A program made the translations under genes and the position numbers. DNA of 64,000 nucleotides from Atribacterota bacterium. GTDB lineage: Bacteria > Atribacterota > Phoenicimicrobiia > Phoenicimicrobiales > Stramentimicrobiaceae. Position 1 is the first letter of the stretch, and each line of letters begins with the position of its first letter. Below, piece by piece: positions 49,778 through 60,351 of this stretch. Where the stretch lies: assembly GCA_040767965.1 (NCBI GenBank), contig JAXGNR010000006.1, positions 128,001-192,000 on the forward strand, in the 5' to 3' direction. The notes beneath the pieces are model-generated. The model was not told where the DNA came from. It ran no database searches and saw nothing but the letters and a program-made list of their open reading frames with translations.

Positions 49778-51058
49778 CTACCTGTAGGTAAATTTTATTC
49801 CTTTTTCCCCAATATCTTTTCGGTAATACTGATTTTCAAAATATATTTTATCAACGCCTTTATAAGCATTATCAATCGCATCTTTTAGGTTATCAGCCCA
49901 GGCTGTAACTCCCAGAACTCTTCCTCCGTTAGTAATTATCTTACCTTCTTTGTTAGCCGTCCCGGCATGAAAAACCATCATATTTTTTTGACCATCTAAT
50001 TCATCCAGTCCATTAATTATTTTCCCTTTTTCATAATCAGCAGGATATCCTGCTGAGCTCATAACAACACAGACAGAGGATTTTTCTTCCCACTCCACTT
50101 CTACATTCTTTAGGTTTCCTTCTACAGAGGCAATTACAATATCAAGCAAGTCTGTCTTCAAGATTGGAAGAATTGATTGGGTTTCAGGATCTCCAAGTCT
50201 AGCATTAAACTCTAAAACTTTTGGTCCTTCCTTAGTTAAGATTAATCCAGCATAAAGGACACCTTTAAAAATTCTTTCTTCTTTTTTCATTCCTGCAATA
50301 ACTGGTTGAAAAATATTGTTTAAAATCCATTTTTTATCATTATCTTTTAAAAAAGGTACCGGGGCATAAGAGCCCATTCCTCCTGTATTCGATCCTTTAT
50401 CTCCATCATTTATTTTTTTGTGATCCTGTGAAGGCAACATAGGAAGAAAATTCTCTCCATCAGAAAATGCAAGAATTGATACTTCTTCACCTAAAAGAAA
50501 TTCCTCTATCACAAGACGATTACCAGCCTTGCCAAATCTTTTTCCCTTCATAACTTCAGAAATTATATCTTTTGCTTCTTTCAAACTATCTATAACAAAG
50601 ACACCTTTACCGCCAGCTAGCCCATCAACTTTTAAAACTAATGGGAATGTTTGTTTCTCCACATAAAACAAAGACTTTGAGTAATCATCAAAAACTTGAT
50701 ATTTTGCAGTTGGTATTTTATACTTATCCATAAAATACTTAGCAAAAACTTTGCTTGACTCTATTTCAGCGGCTTCTTTTGTGGGACCAAAGATAGGTAA
50801 TTTGTATTTCTCAAACAGGTTAACGATTCCTAAAGAAAGAGGGTTTTCAGGCCCTACTATAGTTAAATCTATTTTTTTGGACTTAACTAAATCCAATAAA
50901 CCATTTATATCTTCAGCTAGGATGTTAAAACATTCAGCATGTTTAGCAATACCAGCATTTCCTGGGGTGCAATATATTTTGTTTCTCTTCTTGCTTTGCA
51001 GCAATTTCCAGATAAGGGCATGCTCTCTACCACCATTACCGATTACTAATATTCTCAA
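49778..51058 (-). CDS. purD: Phosphoribosylamine-glycine ligase
   Basis: GNGGREHAL, LAGGKGV, QDHK, NTGGMG, EFNARLGDPE; likely TTG start at 51058 behind GAGG. Confidence 0.97.
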   Translation of the reverse strand: MRILVIGNGGREHALIWKLLQSKKRNKIYCTPGNAGIAKHAECFNILAEDINGLLDLVKSKKIDLTIVGPENPLSLGIVNLFEKYKLPIFGPTKEAAEIESSKVFAKYFMDKYKIPTAKYQVFDDYSKSLFYVEKQTFPLVLKVDGLAGGKGVFVIDSLKEAKDIISEVMKGKRFGKAGNRLVIEEFLLGEEVSILAFSDGENFLPMLPSQDHKKINDGDKGSNTGGMGSYAPVPFLKDNDKKWILNNIFQPVIAGMKKEERIFKGVLYAGLILTKEGPKVLEFNARLGDPETQSILPILKTDLLDIVIASVEGNLKNVEVEWEEKSSVCVVMSSAGYPADYEKGKIINGLDELDGQKNMMVFHAGTANKEGKIITNGGRVLGVTAWADNLKDAIDNAYKGVDKIYFENQYYRKDIGEKGIKFTYR

Positions 51059-51190
51059 GCTAATCCTCACAATCTGTTTAAACGCCTTTAAGTTATTCTT
51101 ATCAACAAGACATAATATAAATAAAATTTGTTTAATTTTCTATGTAAATTAAACAATATGGTTTTATTCAAACATATTTTAAAAAGTTAT

Positions 51191-51823
51191 CTAAAATACC
51201 TCATAATTTAAATAGCGTAATAAGCTATTCAGGGAGCCTGTTGGAAACAGATAAAGGTTTTCAGGAATTCTTATTCTTTCCAGAAAAACTGCTCCGGTAT
51301 TTTTTAATTCTTGAACAGTTTTTTCTTTTTTGAACATCTGAACAAGAACAGGTTCTTTAGCTAACATTAAAGCACTGCTTTTTAAAGGTTTTGGTTCGTT
51401 TATTGTATTACCTAAATAATTAAAAATAACAATATTGGAATTTAAAGAATACTTATTCTTTTGCATAATTGTAATTATTTGAGGGAATAACTCTCCTTTT
51501 ACAAAATTTAAAGGAATTTTTTTTAGCCGATGATGGTAGTCAATATATGTTTGAGAACTACTTTCCAGTTCAATATTAGATCCTGTTTCTTTTAGACAAA
51601 TATCCTTCAGAAATCGATCAATCTTATTATCACTCTCTATTTTCCCACCAAAAGCAGAGATCGGAGACTTTCGCTCCCCTTTTTCCTCAGTCCAATCTTT
51701 GCTATCTTTTACACTGAAAACATATTGATTTTTATATTTTAGATATACTGAAATATATATTTCAAAACGTCCCTCTGCATTGGACAATTTTTCCATAAAG
51801 TCATCCATCCAGGAACCATTCAA
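51191..51823 (-). CDS. Hypothetical protein, possibly a degenerate Nudix fold
   Basis: 210-aa ORF with RBS AAAGGAG; FGGKIE...KETG resembles a Nudix box lacking its acidic residues. Confidence 0.6.
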   Translation of the reverse strand: MNGSWMDDFMEKLSNAEGRFEIYISVYLKYKNQYVFSVKDSKDWTEEKGERKSPISAFGGKIESDNKIDRFLKDICLKETGSNIELESSSQTYIDYHHRLKKIPLNFVKGELFPQIITIMQKNKYSLNSNIVIFNYLGNTINEPKPLKSSALMLAKEPVLVQMFKKEKTVQELKNTGAVFLERIRIPENLYLFPTGSLNSLLRYLNYEVF

Positions 51824-51864
51824 GATAATGCTCCTTTCTTTTTACATATTGTTATAAAAAATTT

Positions 51865-53580
51865 TTAAAACAAATATGCATTGGAAACATATTGTAAAAC
51901 CATTCTATGAGTATTAAAAAAAGATGCATTGATGGCAATACAGTGCCTCATCATGTTAATCCATTGATTTTTATTATTATAATATAATGGAATAATATTA
52001 TCTTCCAATTTTTGATAAAGCGAATTTGCTTCTTCCTGATCAATACTTTCTGTATCAGCAGCAGACCCGATAGACCAGCCAGTCAACCCTTCTATACAAC
52101 CTTCAACCCACCAACCATCTAAGATACTAAAACTGGGTATGCCATTATGAGCAGCTTTCATGCCTGAAGTTCCTGAAGCTTCTTTTGGTTTTCTGGGTGT
52201 ATTTAGCCATAAATCAACCCCTGATACTAAAACCTTTCCCAGTTCCATATTGTAATTTTCCAAATAGACAATTTTTATATAGTCTTTTAGTTGTGCAGAT
52301 TCATTGATAATTTTTTGAATAAGTTCCTTGCCCATCTGATCTTTTGGATGTGCTTTCCCGGCAAATACAAGCTGAATTGTGCCTTTTTTCTTGGTAATAT
52401 CTATAAGTCTATTTAAATCATGAAAAACTAAATCCGCTCTTTTGTAAGCAGTAGCCCTTCTGGCAAAACCTATCGTCAGAGAATTCTTATCAAAATTACT
52501 GTCAGTTTTATCATTGATATAATCAATAAGCTTGTCTTTGGATTTTTGATGTGCATCCCAAATTTCATTATTTGGAATATTAAGAGCATAGCGTAAACTA
52601 AAAGGGTCAGTCCTCCATCCAGGTATATAAAGATCATACAGATCAGCAAAGCACTGGTTAGTCCAGGTTGCCGAATGAATACCATTGGTAATTGAGTCTA
52701 TATGATACCCGGGGAACATTTCTCTGGAAACTGTGCCATGCCGTTTGGCTACACCATTGATATAATGGCTCAGGTTCAAGGCCAATTGTGTCATATTCAG
52801 CTTATCTTCTCCAGCTAGATTCTTTAAAATATTAAATGGTATTACTTCTCCAAGCACATTACCTACTAAGTCATACGAAAATTGATCCGTACCTGCAGGC
52901 ACTGGTGTGTGAGTAGTAAAAACACATTTTTTCTTAACCTGTTCGATATCCCACTGTTTCTCTGCAGTAGCATTATCTCGACTGAGTAATTCTAAAGCTA
53001 ACAAACTGGCATGCCCTTCGTTCATATGATATCTTGAAATATCCTGAAATCCTAGCTCGTTAAGCATTTTAACTCCACCAATCCCTAAAACAATTTCCTG
53101 AGCAAGCCGATAGCGGTCATCGCCACCATACAAATAATTAGAAAGACTTCTGTCATAATCATCATTTTCAGGCAGGTCAGTATCTAAGAAATAAACAGGA
53201 ACATACTCTCCGTCTATCCCTTTCACCATATACATCCAGGCCTGAATAGCAACCTTCCTGTTTTCAATATTTACCTGAATTCTTTCTGTTAATTTTAATA
53301 AAGTATCTTCCGGATTCCATTCTTCGGGAAATTCTTGTTGGTAACCCTGCTCATTGAATTTTTGTTTCAAATAACCTTTTTTGTATAGTAAAGTTACCCC
53401 GACCATAGGAACACCTAGATCAGCAGCAGAACGAATGGTATCGCCAGCCAAAACACCCAATCCACCACTATAAGTAGGAATTCCTGAACCAACACAAATC
53501 TCCATAGAAAAATAGGCAATTTTATTTTCTTTTTCAACACATTTTTGATGTTCGTATAGCAAACCCTTTTGTGCTTCCAT
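51865..53580 (-). CDS. glgP: Alpha-glucan (glycogen/maltodextrin) phosphorylase, short type
   Basis: YFSME, YSGGLG.LAGD, HMNEGH, FTTHTP, ARR...YKR, GKAHP, EASGTSGMK. Confidence 0.93.
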   Translation of the reverse strand: MEAQKGLLYEHQKCVEKENKIAYFSMEICVGSGIPTYSGGLGVLAGDTIRSAADLGVPMVGVTLLYKKGYLKQKFNEQGYQQEFPEEWNPEDTLLKLTERIQVNIENRKVAIQAWMYMVKGIDGEYVPVYFLDTDLPENDDYDRSLSNYLYGGDDRYRLAQEIVLGIGGVKMLNELGFQDISRYHMNEGHASLLALELLSRDNATAEKQWDIEQVKKKCVFTTHTPVPAGTDQFSYDLVGNVLGEVIPFNILKNLAGEDKLNMTQLALNLSHYINGVAKRHGTVSREMFPGYHIDSITNGIHSATWTNQCFADLYDLYIPGWRTDPFSLRYALNIPNNEIWDAHQKSKDKLIDYINDKTDSNFDKNSLTIGFARRATAYKRADLVFHDLNRLIDITKKKGTIQLVFAGKAHPKDQMGKELIQKIINESAQLKDYIKIVYLENYNMELGKVLVSGVDLWLNTPRKPKEASGTSGMKAAHNGIPSFSILDGWWVEGCIEGLTGWSIGSAADTESIDQEEANSLYQKLEDNIIPLYYNNKNQWINMMRHCIAINASFFNTHRMVLQYVSNAYLF

Positions 53581-53710
53581 TTTTTTCCCTCGCATTATTT
53601 TTTAGAATTTATATTATTCTATTCATCAGATCATCAGAAATTTATTTTAACTTATTAGATTTTATCATATATATTCAACTTCTTATAATGTCTTTTTCTA
53701 TTTTAATAAA

Positions 53711-53743
53711 ATAGATTTTTTATAGATTTTTTATAAATTTTTT
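53711..53743. repeat. Three tandem 11-bp direct repeats upstream of the two-component operon
   Basis: ATAGATTTTTT, ATAGATTTTTT, ATAAATTTTTT. Confidence 0.7.
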
Positions 53744-53875
53744 ATCTGTACTTTAAAATGATATCATATAATATTAATTGAAGAAAATATTGCATTTAAA
53801 ATGAGTTATCAAATTTTGAATTTACACTTTTTTGCTGTAATCATTATAAAAATACTTTGGAAAATATAAAAAACG

Positions 53876-55348
53876 ATGACAATCCAAAGACGTTTATGGA
53901 TAGCTAATATAATATTGATTTTTATAACAATTTTATTACTAATGGGAGTAAGTATTATTATCACTGAAAACTTGTTCAACTTTATTGGCTTTACTCCCCA
54001 AACCGGTCATATAGACCCTTTAAGCAGAAATCTATTTAGAGTAGAAAGAACTGTTAATACTGCAAAAGAAAAAAACCCAGACCAGTTTTTGGACAATACC
54101 TACCTTGATCAAATAAATGATTTCTTGGTTACATCAAACATAGGATTGATAGTAGAGAAGGAAGAACAAATTATTTTTTTATCTCCTTTTTTAGAAGAAA
54201 TCGGTTTTGATAAAAATAAATTTTCTCCTCAGCAGCTTATTCAAGAGGAAGAAAAAAGGAATATTGTTAAACTTTCAGAAAACCTGTTTATGGTAATGAT
54301 CCCGATACAGTTTGGTGATAATACTGATGGAAATTTATTGTTAATTAACGATTCCTCTTCTTTATCTCAAGAACTGAATAGATTTAAGAATTCAATTATT
54401 TATACTTTAATTCTTTTTTTGATTATTATAATAAGTATAAATACTTTAATAACTTACTTTTTATCAAAACAAATTGTAAATCCACTTATAAAATTAAAAA
54501 ATGCAGCATTACAAATAAAAAATGGTAATTATAATTTTAGTTTACAAGCTCCATCAAAAGATGAGATAGGTGCCTTGTTCACCAGTTTTGAATCAGCCAG
54601 GGAAAGATTAAAAAAATCCGAAGATATAAAAAATAAATATGAACAAAGCCGTAATGAATTAATTACAAATATTTCACACGATTTAAAAACACCTATTACT
54701 ACTATTAAGGGCTATGTAGAAGGTATTCTTGATGGAGTCCCTAAAACCAAAGAAAAAGAAAATAAATACTTACAAACTATACGACAAAATGTTGCTCATA
54801 TGGAAAATTTAATCGAAGATTTATTTTTACTTTCAAAATTCGATCTGGAGCAACCTTTTTATAATTTTGAAAATATCAACATTAAAGATTATTTAACAGA
54901 TTCTTTTGAAGAATTGAAATTCTACTTGCAGGAAAAAGGAATTCAGCTGGAATTTACTGTTGATTATGATGAAAAAGAACTGGTAAAAGCTGATCGGCAA
55001 CAATTAAAAAGGGTTATTTTAAATATAATAAATAACGCAGTTAATTTTAAAAATGATACAAATTCTATCATAAAAATGTTTCTTAACAAAAATGAAGATA
55101 ATGCTGTAGTAGTGATAAATGATAATGGAAAAGGAGTTTCTGAAGAAATCCTTAATAAAATTTTTAATCGTTTTTATAAGGCAGATGAATCACGTTCAGA
55201 TCGCTCTTCTGGTACCGGACTCGGTTTGTATATAGCCAAAAAAATTATCCTGGATCATGGAGGAAATATTTGGGCAAAAAGCCAACCGGGGATAGGTACA
55301 AGTATTTTCTTTACCTTAAAAATAGCCAATAATAAAAAAGGGCAATAA
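53876..55348 (+). CDS. HAMP-domain sensor histidine kinase
   Basis: 2 TM segments, HAMP, ISHDLKTP, N box, DNGKG, GTGLGL. Confidence 0.95.
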   Translation: MTIQRRLWIANIILIFITILLLMGVSIIITENLFNFIGFTPQTGHIDPLSRNLFRVERTVNTAKEKNPDQFLDNTYLDQINDFLVTSNIGLIVEKEEQIIFLSPFLEEIGFDKNKFSPQQLIQEEEKRNIVKLSENLFMVMIPIQFGDNTDGNLLLINDSSSLSQELNRFKNSIIYTLILFLIIIISINTLITYFLSKQIVNPLIKLKNAALQIKNGNYNFSLQAPSKDEIGALFTSFESARERLKKSEDIKNKYEQSRNELITNISHDLKTPITTIKGYVEGILDGVPKTKEKENKYLQTIRQNVAHMENLIEDLFLLSKFDLEQPFYNFENINIKDYLTDSFEELKFYLQEKGIQLEFTVDYDEKELVKADRQQLKRVILNIINNAVNFKNDTNSIIKMFLNKNEDNAVVVINDNGKGVSEEILNKIFNRFYKADESRSDRSSGTGLGLYIAKKIILDHGGNIWAKSQPGIGTSIFFTLKIANNKKGQ

Positions 55349-55349
55349 T

Positions 55350-56039
55350 ATGAGTAAAATCTTAATAATTGAAGATCAGCAGAGTATTGCTGAACTGGAA
55401 AAAGATTATTTAGAAATAAATAACTTTCAAGTCGATATAATAACTAATGGTCAAGAAGGCTTAAAAAAAGCATTAGAACTGGATTATGACCTGATTTTAC
55501 TGGACTTAATGCTCCCGGACATAAATGGTTTTGAAGTATGTAAAAAAATACGTGAAGAAAAAAATATTCCCATTTTGATTATCTCTGCAAGAGGACAGGA
55601 TATAGACAAAATAAGAGGCCTGGGATTAGGAGCAGATGATTATATAAGTAAACCTTTTAGCCCCAATGAGCTTGTAGCCAGAGTAAAAGCCCACTTGAAT
55701 CGTTTCAACAGACTTACCGGTAAAACTGAAAACACAAAACATGAAATACACATCAAAAATCTCACTATAAACCAAATTTCTCATCGGGTATTTCTCGATA
55801 ATAAAGAAATCTATCTAACAACTAAGGAATTTGAAATATTAAATTTTTTAGCTTCTCACCCAAATATTGTTTTCAGCAAAAAACAGCTATACGAACAGAT
55901 CTGGGGAGATAATTCTTATGGAGATATTGCCACTATCGCTGTTCATATTAAAAAAATCAGAGATAAAATAGAAAATGACCCCCAAAATCCACTTTTTATT
56001 GATACTTTATGGGGTTCTGGGTATCGGTTTAACAAATGA
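55350..56039 (+). CDS. OmpR/PhoB-family response regulator
   Basis: LLDLMLP, GADDYISKPF, winged helix VHIKKIRDKIE...WGSGYRF. Confidence 0.96.
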   Translation: MSKILIIEDQQSIAELEKDYLEINNFQVDIITNGQEGLKKALELDYDLILLDLMLPDINGFEVCKKIREEKNIPILIISARGQDIDKIRGLGLGADDYISKPFSPNELVARVKAHLNRFNRLTGKTENTKHEIHIKNLTINQISHRVFLDNKEIYLTTKEFEILNFLASHPNIVFSKKQLYEQIWGDNSYGDIATIAVHIKKIRDKIENDPQNPLFIDTLWGSGYRFNK

Positions 56040-56103
56040 TTTGATTTTTCCATCAAAATACTATAGTGTAAAAATGTAAATTTAATTAGATAAGGGGTAA
56101 TAT

Positions 56104-56505
56104 ATGGAAATTCCAAAAGACATTCAAACAATTATCAATGATGATAAAGCATTTGCTTTCGCAACTGTGAGTAGTTCTGGCATTCCTAACATTAATATGA
56201 TAGGAATAAAAAAAATTGAAGATAATGAAACAATTTTAATAGCAGATAATTATTTTTATAAAACCTTTGATAATTTACAGGAAAATTGTAATGCTTCAAT
56301 CCTCACCAAAAGAATTGAAGATAAACTATGGTATCAATTAAAAGGTACCTGTCAATATATAAATGAAGGTCCAAAGTATGAAGAGTTTAAAAAATGGGTA
56401 AAATTAAAAAAAGAGACATTGCCAGCAAAAGGAATGGTTATTTTCAAAGTTAAACAAATATATCATACCTCTGCAGGCCCAGATGCTGGTAAGCCTATTG
56501 CTTAA
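56104..56505 (+). CDS. Pyridoxamine-5'-phosphate-oxidase-family FMN-binding protein
   Basis: ATVS..G.PN, DNYF.KT..NL..N, YQLKG, AGP.AG. Confidence 0.85.
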   Translation: MEIPKDIQTIINDDKAFAFATVSSSGIPNINMIGIKKIEDNETILIADNYFYKTFDNLQENCNASILTKRIEDKLWYQLKGTCQYINEGPKYEEFKKWVKLKKETLPAKGMVIFKVKQIYHTSAGPDAGKPIA

Positions 56506-56517
56506 TATTTTGATTTT

Positions 56518-59250
56518 TTAATAAGTTAATTTCAGTTTTTTTAATATCTCCACAAAGGGAATTGCAGTTAAAGATATTAATATAATGACTAACCATTGAA
56601 AAGCAGTAAGAGGCACTACTTTGAAGATGTTTTGCAAATAGGGAATAAACATTACAGATAATTGCAAAAAACCTGAAAACAGAATTGCTATCAGGAGGTA
56701 TCCGTTACTCATAATCCCTAACTTTGATATAGAGTAACGATCTGAACGAGAATTTAATGATTGCCATAATTGCGAAAAACTTAATGTACCGAAAGCCATA
56801 GTTTCTGCCACTTCCAAAGAATATTGCGAATATCCAAAATAAAATGCAATCAAGGTGCTTATTCCGATAAAAATGCCTTGGGAAAAGATGTTAAAACCCA
56901 TTTTACCAGCAAAAATGCTCTCATTTGGATCCCGGGGATCGTATTTCATTACATCATCAATTGCAGGATCTACCCCCAGAGCTAATGCAGGAAAACCATC
57001 AGTAACCAGATTAATCCATAAAATCTGCACTGGTAACAAAGGGCGAGGAAGACCAATTAAAATAGCTATAAAAATTGTAATTATTTCTCCAAGATTGCAT
57101 GATAATAAATAACGGATAAACTTTCGGATGTTCTGATAAATTTTTCTACCTTCTTCTACTGCAGCTACAATTGAGGAAAAATTATCATCAGTTAAAATCA
57201 TATCAGCTGCTTCTTTGGAGACATCAGTTCCTGTAATACCCATTGCAATCCCAATATCTGCCTCCTTTAATGCTGGAGCATCATTCACTCCATCACCAGT
57301 CATTGCAACCACCTGTTTATTTTTCTGATAGGCATTTACTATTCTTTGCTTATGCTTGGGAGAGACTCTGGCAAAAATTGAAGTTTGAAGAACAATTTTT
57401 TCCAATTCTTCCTGAGAAATATTTTCTAATTCTGAGCCAATTACAATTCTATCGTCTGTTCTAAATATATCAAGCTGGCTGGCAATAGCTTTGGCTGTAA
57501 CAGAGTAATCTCCGGTAATCATCACTGGTTTAATTCCGGCTTTTCGACATATTTGAACTGCTTTTCGAGCCTCTTTGCGAGGAGGGTCCATCATGGCCAT
57601 TAAACCTAAATAAGTCAATTTATCTTCTGTTTTTTCAATATCGAGTTTTGCATTATTTTTCAATTTATCCTTCTCTGAAGCAGTTATTTCTCGAAAAGCA
57701 ATTGCCAAAACACGCAATGCGGCAGAGGCAAGTTGCTTGTTTTGACTTAAAATATGTTCTTTGGTAACTTCTGTAAACCGGGCAATTTCTCCATTATCAG
57801 CATAATAATTTATACACTTTTCAATAATTTGATCTGGAGCTCCTTTTACAAAAAGAAATACTTCACCATCTGATATTTGATTAAATGTAGCCATTCTCTT
57901 ACGTTCAGAATCAAAAGGCAATTCTCTTAATCGGGGATAGTTATTTTCTAAGCTTTCTCTCTGGTAACCGGCTTTGGCTGCTGCGACAATCAATGCTCCT
58001 TCCGTTGGATCACCGATAATATCCCATTTCTGATTAGTATCATTATACTTTAAAAAAGAATTATTACAGAGCACTGCAGCTTTTAGTAAAAGAGACAAAT
58101 CTTTGTCATCACTGGGTTGAATTGGTTTTTCTTTTTCTATAAATTTACCATAAGGTTCATATCCTGAACCATCTATATTTATTTCCCGGCTAACCAGAAC
58201 TATTTTTTGCACAGTCATTTGGTTTTGAGTTAAAGTGCCTGTTTTGTCTGAGCATATTACGGTAGTAGCACCCAATGTTTCTACTGCCGGTAAACGTCTG
58301 ATAATAGCATTCTTTTTACTCATCTGCTGAACTCCCAGAGCAAGAACAATAGTTACCACCGCCGGCAACCCTTCTGGAACAGCTGCAACCGCAAGAGAAA
58401 TACCAGTCATAAACATATCAAAAAAATTAATTCCTCTCAAGCATCCTAATAAAACTACAATTGCTATTACAAATAAAATGATGATTCCAAGATTTTTGCC
58501 TACCTGATTTAATTTTTTTTGTAGAGGAGTCAATTCCTGTTTTTGTTCCTGAAGCATACCAGCAATCTGTCCCATTTCAGTATTCATGCCAGTTGCTACT
58601 ACTATTCCTTTTCCTCTACCGGCAATAACTGAAGTTCCCATATATGCCATATTGAATCGGTCACCCAAGGAGACTTCTTGTTTTGCAATAGGAATGATAT
58701 CTTTTTCAACTGCTTCAGATTCACCAGTTAATACAGATTCCTGGATACGCAAATCTGAAACTTCTGTTAAGCGGATATCTGCTGCAATCCGATCTCCAGA
58801 CTCTATTATTACTAAATCACCTGGAACCAGCTGATATGATGGAATCTTTTTTTGCTCTCCCTCTCTAATTACGACTGTTTCCGGAACAGTCATCTTTTTC
58901 AATGCTTCTAATGATTTTTCAGCTTTGGATTCTTGTAAAACACTCATAATCGCATTCAATAAAACGATAATCCCGATGACAAAAGCATCAGTAAATTCAT
59001 TTAAAAAAATAGATATGATCGCAGATGCCAGTAATATTATAATCAGAACATCTTTAAACTGGTCCAGGAACATTTCCCAAACTTTTCTTTTTTCTCCTTC
59101 TTGTAATGTATTGGAGCCAACCTTTTCTATTCGTTGAAGTGCTTCTGCATGAGATAACCCTTTTTGCAAAGAAGTATTCAATTCTTTTGTTATTTCCTGT
59201 ATGGTTTTTTGGAAAAAATTATCTGAGGAATTATTTTTTATCTTACTCAT
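56518..59250 (-). CDS. P-type ATPase, type IIA (SERCA-like Ca2+ pump)
   Basis: LTGES, VPEGL, DKTGTLT, KGAP, TGDGVND, NLGE and WINLVTDG. Confidence 0.95.
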   Translation of the reverse strand: MSKIKNNSSDNFFQKTIQEITKELNTSLQKGLSHAEALQRIEKVGSNTLQEGEKRKVWEMFLDQFKDVLIIILLASAIISIFLNEFTDAFVIGIIVLLNAIMSVLQESKAEKSLEALKKMTVPETVVIREGEQKKIPSYQLVPGDLVIIESGDRIAADIRLTEVSDLRIQESVLTGESEAVEKDIIPIAKQEVSLGDRFNMAYMGTSVIAGRGKGIVVATGMNTEMGQIAGMLQEQKQELTPLQKKLNQVGKNLGIIILFVIAIVVLLGCLRGINFFDMFMTGISLAVAAVPEGLPAVVTIVLALGVQQMSKKNAIIRRLPAVETLGATTVICSDKTGTLTQNQMTVQKIVLVSREINIDGSGYEPYGKFIEKEKPIQPSDDKDLSLLLKAAVLCNNSFLKYNDTNQKWDIIGDPTEGALIVAAAKAGYQRESLENNYPRLRELPFDSERKRMATFNQISDGEVFLFVKGAPDQIIEKCINYYADNGEIARFTEVTKEHILSQNKQLASAALRVLAIAFREITASEKDKLKNNAKLDIEKTEDKLTYLGLMAMMDPPRKEARKAVQICRKAGIKPVMITGDYSVTAKAIASQLDIFRTDDRIVIGSELENISQEELEKIVLQTSIFARVSPKHKQRIVNAYQKNKQVVAMTGDGVNDAPALKEADIGIAMGITGTDVSKEAADMILTDDNFSSIVAAVEEGRKIYQNIRKFIRYLLSCNLGEIITIFIAILIGLPRPLLPVQILWINLVTDGFPALALGVDPAIDDVMKYDPRDPNESIFAGKMGFNIFSQGIFIGISTLIAFYFGYSQYSLEVAETMAFGTLSFSQLWQSLNSRSDRYSISKLGIMSNGYLLIAILFSGFLQLSVMFIPYLQNIFKVVPLTAFQWLVIILISLTAIPFVEILKKLKLTY

Positions 59251-59359
59251 TTTTTATTATCCAGGTCTTCTTTCATAATATAAATTTTTATGTTTTAAGA
59301 AAATTGGTTAACTGAAATCCCTTAAAAAAAGATAAGAAGCACATAATACAAAATATTAT

Positions 59360-59824
59360 TTATTCAAGATTATTCCTTATTAGATTAATATTTCGTTTAA
59401 TATCAATTAAATCTTGTCTGAATTTTTTTCCTTTATCCGGCAATTTAGACAAAAGAAGAGAATAATTTTCTGTAGACTTCTGCTGATGGTAAGAGTAAAA
59501 TATTTTACCCTTTTCTGATAGGGTTACCAGGACTTTTCTTCTATCTTGCTGGGCACGACGTCTATCTAAAAATCCTTTTTTTATCAGACGGTCTACGATA
59601 CTGGTCATAGTTGTAGGTGCAACATGAAAGAAATTAGAAAGTTTGCTCATAGAAGCAAAAGACTCTTTTCCTAAAAATTCAATTAATAAATGTTCTATAA
59701 AACTAAAAGATGTTTTTTTTTCATAAAAAAGATCACTTTCAGCAATATGTTCCCACAACATTTCAGATAATTGGAAAAATAAATCATTAATTTCTGATGC
59801 AAATCTTTTTTCTTCCTTTGTCAT
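59360..59824 (-). CDS. MarR-family transcriptional regulator
   Basis: TMTSIVDRLIKKGFLDR....DRRKVLVTLSEKG. Confidence 0.92.
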   Translation of the reverse strand: MTKEEKRFASEINDLFFQLSEMLWEHIAESDLFYEKKTSFSFIEHLLIEFLGKESFASMSKLSNFFHVAPTTMTSIVDRLIKKGFLDRRRAQQDRRKVLVTLSEKGKIFYSYHQQKSTENYSLLLSKLPDKGKKFRQDLIDIKRNINLIRNNLE

Positions 59825-59867
59825 AATTTACCAGACCAGTCTTATCTATTATATTATTGCGAATATC

Positions 59868-59905
59868 GTATTATTAATAATACAAACTGTAAATTATAAA
59901 GTCAA
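59868..59905 (-). promoter_or_regulatory. marR promoter with an overlapping palindromic operator
   Basis: TTGACT (59905-59900), 17 nt, TATTAT (59882-59877); perfect 16-bp palindrome GTATTATTAATAATAC at 59868-59883. Confidence 0.6.
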
Positions 59906-59922
59906 ACTATTTTTCATGTCTA

Positions 59923-60351
59923 TTAAAGAAAAAGATATAGTAACATTCTTACCATAAAAGCTACTATCAACATAGCTAAAAGAGTTGGTAAAATTCCTTG
60001 TTTTTTCATTTCATTAGCTAATAATCCAGGAATAATATAACCGATACTCTGCATTTCAATGTTTATTATCGGTAACTGAAATACAAAAGTTTCTATCAGC
60101 CACTTGATTAGAAAACTAATTAAAATCACACTTAAAAAACGCCTCTTACCGTAAAGAATAAAATAATTTGATAACAACAAGATAAGGTAATAGGTAATTA
60201 TGGCAATTCCAATGGTTAAAATAATACGCAATGGCTGATCAAAAAATAAAGCAATGTATCCGGGTACTACAATTCCTCCTGGAGATAAACCCACAAATTC
60301 ATAAAATAAAAATCCTATAATTATTCCAATTCCGATTGCCTGATACAGCAT
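59923..60351 (-). CDS. pgsC: Poly-gamma-glutamate biosynthesis membrane protein PgsC/CapC
   Basis: E..GLSPGGIVVPGYIAL, ILYGKRRF, IGYIIPGLLAN...QG. Confidence 0.93.
   Translation of the reverse strand: MLYQAIGIGIIIGFLFYEFVGLSPGGIVVPGYIALFFDQPLRIILTIGIAIITYYLILLLSNYFILYGKRRFLSVILISFLIKWLIETFVFQLPIINIEMQSIGYIIPGLLANEMKKQGILPTLLAMLIVAFMVRMLLYLFL

Noticed and set aside
51059-51190. ZTP/purine riboswitch or PurR box upstream of purD
   Set aside because: The spacer is nearly pure AT with no recognisable aptamer or terminator.
53623-53638. TCATCAGA tandem repeat upstream of glgP
   Set aside because: Only two 8-mers and no cognate regulator; too weak to call.
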